Source of the DNA: Eubacteriales bacterium
GTDB taxonomy: Bacteria > Bacillota > Clostridia > Oscillospirales > CAG-382
Direction: 5' to 3'
Assembly (NCBI GenBank): GCA_045636285.1
Contig: JAZTXJ010000068.1
Coordinates: 1-57,333 of the forward strand
Length of the DNA: 57,333 nucleotides
Shown here: piece by piece, positions 37,001-44,312 of the stretch
How positions within the stretch are numbered: position 1 is the stretch's first letter
Layout: each line of letters opens with the position of its first letter
Notes under the pieces: generated by a model
The model's input: the letters and a program-made list of their open reading frames with translations, nothing else
Database searches by the model: none
What the model was told of the DNA's origin: nothing
Position numbers and translations under genes: made by a program

Positions 37001-39506
37001 CGAAAACGCCGCAGAGGGCAGATACGTTTCCTTCCCCGCGGTATCCGAATACGCCGCAGTGGCAAACGGCAGGCTCTATGCCGTTTCGGGCGGCAGGCTC
37101 GCATATTGCTCGACAGAAGGCGGCGAAACGGTCGTGACCTCTATCCGCGCAACCGTTATCGACAGCGACGGCGAACGGATTTTTGCACTTAACAACGGCG
37201 TCTTTACGATATACGATGCACAATTACGCGTAATCGCAAGCACCGAAACCGAAGCGGCGCACTTCACGCTCGGAAGCGGTGTCGCTCTCGGCAACTCGAT
37301 ATACGACAAATTGATCACCGCCGAATTCGCACGCGTCGACGACGAGGTTCTCGCCCTGCGCGACGGCGCGATCGTTACCGAAAAGGGCGTTTACAGCCTT
37401 GCGCTCGGCAGATACGTCGGCTCGCTCGGTGTCAACAACATATCCGCGGTTGCGATAACCGAAAGCAACGCGGTCGTATCCTTCGGCGATGCGCTCATAT
37501 CGGTCTGCCGATTCGACAACGGACTTCCCGTAACACAACAGCCCTCTGTTTTGGGTGTTTCCAACGGAAGCATATATATCGACAGCACCGTAATCGAATA
37601 CGATATAGGAATGGGCTTCCTCGACGGAAAGCCGTTCGAATCGGGCTCTGCCGCAAGCGGGGCGGGTGTGCACACCTTCCTCGTGTCGCTCCCCTGCGGT
37701 CAAAGCGTTTCGTTTGACTTCACGATAGAAGCAAACATAGAAGCTATCGAATTTCTCGTTCCCGACAGAACCATGTCTGTCGGAGAAACCGTAGCGTTAC
37801 GGATCAAATATCTGCCCGACGGCGCAAGCTCGGTGCCCGTTACCTTCAAGTGTGATTCCGAAGGGCTCGTTATCGGTGAAACGGGCGAAATCACCGCAAA
37901 AGCGGTCGGCGAATATACCGTTACCGCAGAAGCGGTTACCGATTACGGCGTTTTTGTGGCAAGCTGTAAAATCACCGTGCGCGACGACCTTATCGTCTTT
38001 GGCGACGAAAGCGGAATTATTATCGACCGTAACAACGCGCTTGCTATCGGCGTCCCCCCCGCAACGAGCGCGGATTCGCTGATTTCCTTGCTCACAAAGC
38101 CCGCAAACGCATACGTTACAGATGCCGACGGAAACCGAACGAACGGACTTGTCGGCACGGGCAGTAAAATAATCCTTTCGGACGGAAAGGAAATAACAGA
38201 TACGCTCACGGTTGTCGTCACCGGCGATTGCGACGGCGACGCATATTTAACCGCCTATGACCTTTACCTGCTCGAACGCATATTGCGCGGGCACAGCTAT
38301 GAAGCGGCTTATTCCGCCGCGGCAGACGTTAACGGCAACGGCTTGGTTGCAGACAACGATCACCGCGCGCTCAGAAATATGCTTTTACGCCCCGACGAAC
38401 GTATTAACGTCAAGCCCGAAGAAAACCTATTCGGTATAAGCTCGGTGCAAACGCTCACCTATATCGAAAGCGGCTCGGTTATCGACGTTGCGGTCTGCAT
38501 AAGCGGCTGTAAATACGCTCGCGGTGTTTGCGGTATTATCGAAACCGGCGAAGGACTTGAATTTATAGAAGCCGAAGCGACCGGCTGGGAAATCGACGCA
38601 AAGGATTTGGGCGGCGGCAAAATAAGCTTTTACGCCCACGGCGACGACGGCGAAAACTGCGAAAAGGCGTTCAAGGTACTGCTCAATCTCAAATTCCGCG
38701 TTACCGCCGAAGCGGGAAGCACGATCAGCTTTAACTCCTCGGGCTTTACCGTTTCGTTTGCAAGCGGTCCCAAAACCGTGCACTTCGAAGGCCCCGACGT
38801 TTTCGTTTATGAAGAATCGTTCGGCGATCTCAATATCGAGTTCCGCAATGCAAGCCGTTTCGAATTCGACCCCGAAAAGCAGGACTATACCGCGGTTATC
38901 CCCTATAACAGCGCGCTTGCCGATATATCGGTAACACGCCCACAGGGATATACCGTTGCGGTTTCCGGCACGGTCGTGCCCGATTCGGGCAGTACGAGCA
39001 TCAGTATCAGCGTGACCGACGAAAACGGCTCGACCTCGCTCTATACGATTAGGGTACGCAGGGACGACGAGCCCAACTTCGATACAAACTGCCGACTTTC
39101 CGCGCTCGAAATCGAAGGGTACAGATTAAGTCCGCAGTTCGACCCCGATATTCTCACCTATAACGTTTCGGTCCCCTACGGCACCGAAGAAATAAGCCTT
39201 TACTGCGTGGCTCAAAGCGCGAGCGCGCGTGTGATAATCAGCGATACGGTATTAACGGGTGAAATCACCCCCATTACCGTAACGGTCGGCTCGCCCGATG
39301 GCGAAACGCTCGTATATACCGTTTACGTCACGGTGCTTCCTCCCGTCGAGGAAAGCTACGAGCAATCTGTCCCCGACGAGAACAACGGCGGCTTCCCGAC
39401 TCTTACCGTGGCGGCGATTATCGGCGCGATTATAGTTGCGGCGGTAATTATCACCGTATATATCAAGCTAGCAAAGCGCGATGAGGAATTGCGTAAGGAA
39501 CAATAA
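34065..39506 (+). CDS. Membrane-anchored S8 (subtilisin-like) peptidase with Ig-like, dockerin, cohesin-like and cadherin-like domains
   Basis: Signal peptide. Triad VAVLDTG / GHGT / GTSFS. Ig (Big_2-like) segment ~37740-37985. Dockerin pair GDCDGDAYLTAYD...ADVNGNGLVADND ~38220-38385. Two cadherin-like segments (FDPEKQDYTAVIPY, LSPQFDPDILTYNVSVPY). C-terminal TM helix plus charged tail. Start ATG 34065. Confidence 0.88.
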   Translation: MAKRSLALILIMLTLLPALVYAGSVLFAPVSQFERLDNERETAISAALGNKKPEEANPEILPDGNRYIVQFKKDAELSLIFDSLEGIPCRLLAESEQRLFAVSADSKDFFTVNSEIIDYYEPDLERESLAVTDDPVTLPVYESAGIITAWDTVKASSDIIVAVLDTGVDRRHEDLAGINLLPGYDAVTKTAGVDSDPVGHGTGVIGIIAAQADNGLGIAGVAHGVTVLPIKVSASSTTIYSSDLIAGIRFAADAGAKIINMSVGGYTYSYAEEDAVNYAVEKGCVLISASGNGGNRPYADQKSYPASYDNVISVASCNENGERSDFSQYNDSVDVAVNGEMLSLPYVDEFGNSVYRTDSGTSFSCAIVSGIAALAATRAGNARFGADEFLSLIVSACGASRTDELGHGVINAYEITRRAHLPIITGVMNNGRYSDSVRIGFNRGTAVLNGEPFEDGEKVLANGRHSLTVTDGENEIAITFILDYDPISYKFEEIAAYSYFEFKRGSALLDGFPYNSGDHISTTGKHEFTLFDGDERLEKTIYLQYALPAVYGIENGGIYNKPVEIRIVGDGSAFLDGKEIYGEAAVCESGPHTLTVKSGNGAVTEEYGFVLDFGYSSTHITDYANGKAAIDSENGYFCLYGDSLVGVRIYDISLPEQYLHFLPTGRIYGHAFTEEALILFGDNGISLLDRATARRGEAALNRLGAIGDMSFYMYAENEIYGFGNGLMRKISLDGSFEEVREFGFETELAFYDDGKFCLLAPSSDRLVRIYDATENTLTSFELDKTADGVPLCFGEGLLAVGNELIDITNGNTVLEFCSNAAVLIENGLLYTDNRIIDIATGRELASFPYPVSDIVTAENGVYLFGAESVMTFIASGAEGFAAYGAAERLEAAISKPETINPYRTDAFYPIDSKIISAKANLNTVFFLLSDSNRIYSFDSDSFTEHPAVPLRFFPERLFVSNGYVTVTFKNSNTVYFAPVENAAEGRYVSFPAVSEYAAVANGRLYAVSGGRLAYCSTEGGETVVTSIRATVIDSDGERIFALNNGVFTIYDAQLRVIASTETEAAHFTLGSGVALGNSIYDKLITAEFARVDDEVLALRDGAIVTEKGVYSLALGRYVGSLGVNNISAVAITESNAVVSFGDALISVCRFDNGLPVTQQPSVLGVSNGSIYIDSTVIEYDIGMGFLDGKPFESGSAASGAGVHTFLVSLPCGQSVSFDFTIEANIEAIEFLVPDRTMSVGETVALRIKYLPDGASSVPVTFKCDSEGLVIGETGEITAKAVGEYTVTAEAVTDYGVFVASCKITVRDDLIVFGDESGIIIDRNNALAIGVPPATSADSLISLLTKPANAYVTDADGNRTNGLVGTGSKIILSDGKEITDTLTVVVTGDCDGDAYLTAYDLYLLERILRGHSYEAAYSAAADVNGNGLVADNDHRALRNMLLRPDERINVKPEENLFGISSVQTLTYIESGSVIDVAVCISGCKYARGVCGIIETGEGLEFIEAEATGWEIDAKDLGGGKISFYAHGDDGENCEKAFKVLLNLKFRVTAEAGSTISFNSSGFTVSFASGPKTVHFEGPDVFVYEESFGDLNIEFRNASRFEFDPEKQDYTAVIPYNSALADISVTRPQGYTVAVSGTVVPDSGSTSISISVTDENGSTSLYTIRVRRDDEPNFDTNCRLSALEIEGYRLSPQFDPDILTYNVSVPYGTEEISLYCVAQSASARVIISDTVLTGEITPITVTVGSPDGETLVYTVYVTVLPPVEESYEQSVPDENNGGFPTLTVAAIIGAIIVAAVIITVYIKLAKRDEELRKEQ

Positions 39507-39602
39507 AAAAAGACAGAGAATTCACTCTCTGCCTTCGAAAAAAGCAAAAGCATCTCCCGAAGGGAACTTCTTATAAAGATGTTTCCTAACATATCAAAAA
39601 AT

Positions 39603-39636
39603 AACAACCTCGGCAATTTTTAATGCCGAGGTTGTT
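39603..39636. terminator. Bidirectional terminator between the S8 gene and the GNAT gene
   Basis: AACAACCTCGGCA-ATTTTTAA-TGCCGAGGTTGTT with flanking A/T tracts. Confidence 0.8.
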
Positions 39637-39668
39637 TTATATGTGAAAACCGCAAACAAAACCTGTTG

Positions 39669-40301
39669 TTATTCTGTCGCTGTTAGAACGTGCCAAATAT
39701 CTGCCCCTGTAAATCCGCACCTTCTATAAAGCATCTCCGGTTGTGTCGGATTATTGATTTTCCCGGAAACCGTAGCAAAGTCAGTTACCCGAGACAGTCT
39801 TTTCAGCAATTCATTGACGATAAACTGGCCTATCTTTTTACCTCTATACGCAGGTAACACCTGTATCCACTCAATAATACCTTCGCGCAGTTCCTTGTCT
39901 AATTCTGCTATTCCGCAACCGACTATATTTGAATTCACTTTATCAAGAACTAAAACCCATAAATTGGAATCATACACCTTTGTTTCTGTATACCCTATAA
40001 GTTGTTCATATGTAACTGTCAAATCAGTATAAGAACGATTAATTACATCCACAAACAACTGAATATCTTCTCTTAACGCTGTTTTTATAATAAATCCATC
40101 AGGTATAGTTTCTTTGATTTGCTCGAGAGAGTGGTATAATCTAAAATATTGTTCGTCTTTATATCCCGAATAATCGTGTTTTGAAAATTCTTTTTGATGT
40201 ATAATAAGCATATTCGACGGTGTACTGATATGTTTATTTTTCCAATATGGAATAGATAGAGTACCACAAGGATTTCTTAAATATTTTTCAATCAATTTCA
40301 T
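39669..40301 (-). CDS. GNAT-family N-acetyltransferase (AT-rich)
   Basis: IEWIQVLPAYRGKKIGQ acetyl-CoA motif A and LYRRCGF motif B. Visibly lower GC than flanks. Confidence 0.88.
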   Translation of the reverse strand: MKLIEKYLRNPCGTLSIPYWKNKHISTPSNMLIIHQKEFSKHDYSGYKDEQYFRLYHSLEQIKETIPDGFIIKTALREDIQLFVDVINRSYTDLTVTYEQLIGYTETKVYDSNLWVLVLDKVNSNIVGCGIAELDKELREGIIEWIQVLPAYRGKKIGQFIVNELLKRLSRVTDFATVSGKINNPTQPEMLYRRCGFTGADIWHVLTATE

Positions 40302-40380
40302 TTTTATATCTTTCTATAACATTGATATAAAACCAGCATCGCATTTGTCTGTACAAATACTTTTGGGCTTGGCCAAACCC

Positions 40381-40731
40381 TTATTTTGATTTGATTGTTT
40401 TAAGAGAAGAAATTAACATTCTGCGAATTGCACCGCAATCGTTTTGTAATGTCTTATAATCTTCTTCGTTCATACAATCAGTTTCATAAAGAAGTTCTAA
40501 CCAATATTCCGTTTCATAACATTCTTTTTGCGCTATTTCAAGCTTTGATATAAAATCGTTAGTACTTTGAGCATATTGTGCTTCGTGTAGATTTGCACCG
40601 ATAGAAGTAGCAGAACGAAGCAGTTGATTAACCAAACCCGATTCTTTATGATTTGCTTTCATTTCGCGGCAAAGAAAAACAATCGCTTTTGCAAATTCTT
40701 TTGCTTTATCTCTTAAAATGCTGTCAGCCAT
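40381..40731 (-). CDS. Four helix bundle protein (TIGR02436 / 23S rRNA IVP / bAvd-like)
   Basis: K...FA..IV.L..., QLLRSATSIGANLHEAQYAQS..DFISKLEIAQKECYETEYWLELL, I.RML.SS.KT.K. ATG 40731 after GAGGTG. Confidence 0.93.
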   Translation of the reverse strand: MADSILRDKAKEFAKAIVFLCREMKANHKESGLVNQLLRSATSIGANLHEAQYAQSTNDFISKLEIAQKECYETEYWLELLYETDCMNEEDYKTLQNDCGAIRRMLISSLKTIKSK

Positions 40732-40750
40732 TCTTATCACCTCGAATTTC

Positions 40751-40779
40751 ATTATACACAAAAGTATAATGTTTTTCAA
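40751..40779 (-). promoter_or_regulatory. sigmaA promoter of the four-helix-bundle gene, overlapping an inverted repeat
   Basis: Minus TTGAAA(40779-40774)-17-TATAAT(40756-40751). The -10 is one arm of ATTATAC-ACAAAA-GTATAAT. Confidence 0.7.
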
Positions 40780-40983
40780 GTTATATTCCGACTTCGTCGG
40801 AGTGATATTATTGCATTCGCAATAGTGTTATTGAACCCTTGCGGCTTCAGTGGTATTTTATTCGCCTCAAACTGCCGAAGGCAATATCACTATGCGAAGC
40901 ATAATATAACTGCGAAGCAATATAACTCGCCGTTTTTCAAAGCGGCGAATAAAACTGCGAGACTTCCTTGTGGGAAGTCTCGC
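40779..40983. repeat. Mirror-symmetric repeat/hairpin array (9-nt AATAHMACT repeats alternating with small hairpins)
   Basis: Four inverted 9-mers (40779, 40801, 40824, 40849) and four direct 9-mers (40883, 40903, 40919, 40948). Successive repeats are separated by a different short hairpin. Confidence 0.85.
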
Positions 40984-41006
40984 GAAACAGTACACTTTTC
41001 TTAATT

Positions 41007-41813
41007 TTACTTTATAACGTAGGTACCGAAGTGATGGCGCGCAATAAGAAGATAATCGTACTGGTTGATTTTTCCGTCGTAATTAACGTCTGCGCGGGTC
41101 TTTTGCTCTTCGGTAAGGGTAAGCGTGCCGAAATGATTTCTCGCAACGAGAAGATAATCGTACTGGTTGACCGCTTCATCGCCGTTTACGTCGCCGAGCA
41201 CGTGCGAGCCTTCGCGGTAATAATAGTAGGTGCCCTTTTTATAATAATGACGGTCTATTTCTTCGACAACGGTTTTATCGCTGTTATATTTATCGTTGTT
41301 CGAGCGAACGTTCTGCTCGTAAATAAACTTGGGCGCATATTTTTCCTTATAGAACAGCTTCCAGGGGTCGCCGCCCGTATATTCGAAATGCAGGTGCGTG
41401 CCGGAGGAATTACCGGTCGTTCCCATAACGCCTATCTTCTGTCCCTTTTTTACCGACTGACCGACGCTTACGGTATAGGAATCAAGATGAGCATAAAGAC
41501 TGCTGTGTCCGCTGGGGTGCTTTATGACAACGTATCTGCCGAAGCTGGTGTTGCCCAAATCGGTTGCGGTTTCCACAATTCCGTCTTCTACCGCGACGAT
41601 GTTTCCGCCGCCTGCGATATCCATAGACTTATTGTAGCCGTAGCGGGTGCTGTGCTGTCCGCCGGTCTTGTAATAGTACATACAGGTAATGTAGTATGCA
41701 CTTTCGCAGGGCCAGATCAGATCGTCGGTTGCGGCGAGGGTGTTCACCTCGGCAACCGGAATAACACCGAGTAAAAGGGTAAGCGCTAAAAGTGAATGCA
41801 AAAATCGTTTCAT
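41007..41813 (-). CDS. Secreted M23 metallopeptidase with C-terminal type I dockerin
   Basis: Signal peptide. H...D (HSTRYGYNKSMDIA), YAHL, GQ.IG.MG.TGNSSGTHLHFE. Dockerin LGDVNGDEAVNQYDY...ADVNYDGKINQYDY. Confidence 0.9.
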   Translation of the reverse strand: MKRFLHSLLALTLLLGVIPVAEVNTLAATDDLIWPCESAYYITCMYYYKTGGQHSTRYGYNKSMDIAGGGNIVAVEDGIVETATDLGNTSFGRYVVIKHPSGHSSLYAHLDSYTVSVGQSVKKGQKIGVMGTTGNSSGTHLHFEYTGGDPWKLFYKEKYAPKFIYEQNVRSNNDKYNSDKTVVEEIDRHYYKKGTYYYYREGSHVLGDVNGDEAVNQYDYLLVARNHFGTLTLTEEQKTRADVNYDGKINQYDYLLIARHHFGTYVIK

Positions 41814-41886
41814 TTTTAATCTCCTTTTATATGGCTTTTAAAAAATAGATTCGCTTTATCAAAATTCTACGCGCAGGTATCGGTTT

Positions 41887-43164
41887 TTATTTGTCTTCGA
41901 GCTTTTTGAGATCTTCGCTTACGTCGTCCTTGACCTTTATCATACCGAGCGCCTTGAGCTCGCTCTTGACAAAGACCTTTATCGATTGGTCGCTGTTCAT
42001 TTTAACCTTTATTTTACCCGTGAGGAAGCTGCTTTCCACAATAACGCCTCTGCCCTTGGGGGTATCGACTATGGTATCGACCTTCGGGAAGGTTGCGTAT
42101 TCGCGTTCATAGGTGTCGTGCTCGAAGCGCAGACAGCACATAAGCCTGCCGCAAGAGCCGCTTATCTTCGAGGAAGAGAGCGAAAGGTTCTGTTCCTTCG
42201 CCATTTTGATCGAAACCTGAGTAAAATCGGGAAGGAAGGTGTTACAGCAGAAGGGTCTGCCGCAGGAGCCCAAGCCCCCGAACAGCTTCGCTTCATCGCG
42301 CACGCCTATCTGGCGAAGCTCGATTCTGGTGCGGAAAACGCCCGCAAGGTCCTTTACGAGCTCGCGGAAATCGACTCTGCCGTCTGCGGTGAAATAAAAG
42401 CAGAGCTTTGCGTTGTCGTGGGTGTATTCAACGTCAACAAGCTGCATATCCAAGCCGTTTTTGGTAACCTTTTCGTGCCAGATCGGCTTTGCGCTTTCTT
42501 CTAATTTGCGGTTTTCGGCATTGCGCTCATCGTCTTCCTTCGTCGCCTTGCGAAGCACCGGCTTCAGAGGGAACACCACTTCGGATTCGCCGACCATTTT
42601 GTTGCCGAGCGCAACCTCGCCGTATTCCACGCCGCGAACCGTTTCGACAATCGCGTGCTCGCCCTTTTCGAATTTTATATCGAGCGGCGAGAAATAATAA
42701 ATCTTACTGCCGTTGCGGAACTTTATGCCGACAACCTCGATATTTTTCGGCTCTTCTTCCTTTTCCTCGATCGGAAGCGGTTCGTAATCGAACATATACT
42801 TTCGCTCCTGCTCGGGTTCGGGAACAAAGCCTGTCCCGCTTTGCTCTTCGGCACGCTCGGGCTTTTTCTTTTTGTTGCGGTCCTGACGATTTTCGCGGTT
42901 CTCGCGGTTCTCACGATTCTCGCGGTTTTCGCGGTTTTCGCGATTTTCGCGGGGTGCGGATTCCTCTGCCGCGGGAAGAGCTTCGCCCTCCTGCTCTGCG
43001 GCGGATGCGCTTTCGGGCTTTGCCTTCGGCTTTTTGCCGTAATTGCGGTTATTGCGGCGGTTGTTGCGGCGATTGCCGTAATGTCCGCCCTTTCCTCCGC
43101 GGAATTCGCGTTTTTCGTTATTGCTTCCGTTGTTATTTCCGTTGTTGGTTCCGTTATTTTCCAT
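41887..43164 (-). CDS. yaaT: PSP1 domain / stage 0 sporulation protein YaaT (RicT) with long low-complexity N-terminus
   Basis: KIYYF.P, FYFTADGRVDFRELVKDLA..FRTRIELRQIGVRDEAK, CGRPFCC, KMAKEQNLSL...KISG.CGRLMCCL. Confidence 0.93.
   Translation of the reverse strand: MENNGTNNGNNNGSNNEKREFRGGKGGHYGNRRNNRRNNRNYGKKPKAKPESASAAEQEGEALPAAEESAPRENRENRENRENRENRENRENRQDRNKKKKPERAEEQSGTGFVPEPEQERKYMFDYEPLPIEEKEEEPKNIEVVGIKFRNGSKIYYFSPLDIKFEKGEHAIVETVRGVEYGEVALGNKMVGESEVVFPLKPVLRKATKEDDERNAENRKLEESAKPIWHEKVTKNGLDMQLVDVEYTHDNAKLCFYFTADGRVDFRELVKDLAGVFRTRIELRQIGVRDEAKLFGGLGSCGRPFCCNTFLPDFTQVSIKMAKEQNLSLSSSKISGSCGRLMCCLRFEHDTYEREYATFPKVDTIVDTPKGRGVIVESSFLTGKIKVKMNSDQSIKVFVKSELKALGMIKVKDDVSEDLKKLEDK
42886..42951 (-). 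repeat. 9-bp coding tandem repeat encoding about seven ENR units
   Basis: GA(A/G)AA(C/T)CG(C/T) units in the yaaT N-terminal extension. Confidence 0.85.
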
Positions 43165-43180
43165 TTATTTCAACTCCTGT

Positions 43181-44137
43181 TTATCTTGATGCCGCGCTCA
43201 AAAGCTCTATCGCAAGCTTGGAAGCGGCGGCAGTAACGTTTGCGTTATTATCGAGCGAGCTCATACAGTTAAACGCGACCTCTGCCATTCGGGCAAGCGC
43301 TCTTTTCGATGCGCCGGCAATTTTTACCTTCAGCTCTTCGTTTTGCGGAAGGATCGCGTTCGGCACGCCGTATTTATCCTTTTCCGCTTCGTTCACGAGC
43401 AAAATAAACTCGATAAGAATATTTATAAGCTGTTCGCGCTTGTATTTCGGCAGCAAAAGCGCGGAAGTGAGCTCGTAGCTCTGCTTGGAAAGTGCAAACA
43501 GCAAAAGCTTTTCCGCCTTCGTGCGTACCGCGGTCGTTTCCTTCGAAAGATATTTGAGCGCGGTTCCGAGATTTCCTCCCGCTGTTTTGAGAACTCTTTG
43601 GAATTCCGCACCGCGAAGCTCGGGGTGGCGTTCGCGAAGCTGTTCTTCGATTTCGGCTTCACGCAAGCCGTCGAGATGTATTCTCTGCCCGCGTGAAAGC
43701 ACTGTCGGAAGCAGAGAAGCGCGGCTTTCGGTCAGCAAAAAAATCGTAACGCTTTCGGGCGGTTCTTCGAAAAGCTTCAAAAGCGCGTTTTGCGAATCGG
43801 CACGGAGCTTGCCCGCGTTGTTGACGATAAACACCTGCCTGTCGGAATCGTTCGGCTTTAAAAACGAACGTCTTATAAGCTCGCGCACGTCGGCAATGGC
43901 GGCGGTTTTTTCGCGGCCGATAACATAAACGTCGGGGTGCTCGCCCGATAAAAGCTTACGGCAGCTTTGACAATAGCCGCAGGGCTTTTTTTCTTCGGAG
44001 CAAAGCAATATGCGGGCGCATTCGAGCGCAAAATCGAGCTTCCCGATACCCGAATCGCCGTCAACGATATATGCGTGCGAGCAAAGACCGCTGTTCGCCT
44101 TTTGCGAAAAAAGCCGTAATTCGTCGCTGTTATACAC
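43181..44137 (-). CDS. holB: DNA polymerase III subunit delta'
   Basis: SHAYIVDG..GIGK, LLC....PCGYC.SC......HPD, QNALLKLFEEPP, LLPTVLSR. Upstream of yaaT. GTG 44137 after GGAGG. Confidence 0.9.
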   Translation of the reverse strand: MYNSDELRLFSQKANSGLCSHAYIVDGDSGIGKLDFALECARILLCSEEKKPCGYCQSCRKLLSGEHPDVYVIGREKTAAIADVRELIRRSFLKPNDSDRQVFIVNNAGKLRADSQNALLKLFEEPPESVTIFLLTESRASLLPTVLSRGQRIHLDGLREAEIEEQLRERHPELRGAEFQRVLKTAGGNLGTALKYLSKETTAVRTKAEKLLLFALSKQSYELTSALLLPKYKREQLINILIEFILLVNEAEKDKYGVPNAILPQNEELKVKIAGASKRALARMAEVAFNCMSSLDNNANVTAAASKLAIELLSAASR

Positions 44138-44312
44138 CGTTAACCCCTCCAAACTATTTTTGCTCATTATTATCATAACACAAAACTTTCGATATGAAAA
44201 GAGATTTTTGCAAAAATAATTTGACAAATGCGTAAAAAAGTTATAAACTTAATTAGTTATAAAAGATATGATGTGTTATTATGCGTATTTCTCGGAAAGG
44301 AAGGGCTTTTGA

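Noticed and set aside
40381-40731. 23S rRNA intervening sequence
   Set aside because: The flanks are protein-coding genes and no rRNA sequence is present.
40779-40983. CRISPR array or tRNA interpretation of the repeat-hairpin array
   Set aside because: Repeats are only 9 nt and switch orientation, spacers are short self-complementary hairpins, there are no cas genes, and no cloverleaf/T-loop consensus is present.
39669-41813. Diversity-generating retroelement (because of the Avd-like protein)
   Set aside because: No reverse transcriptase and no TR/VR pair differing at adenines. The near-duplicate at 41030-41190 is just the two halves of the dockerin.
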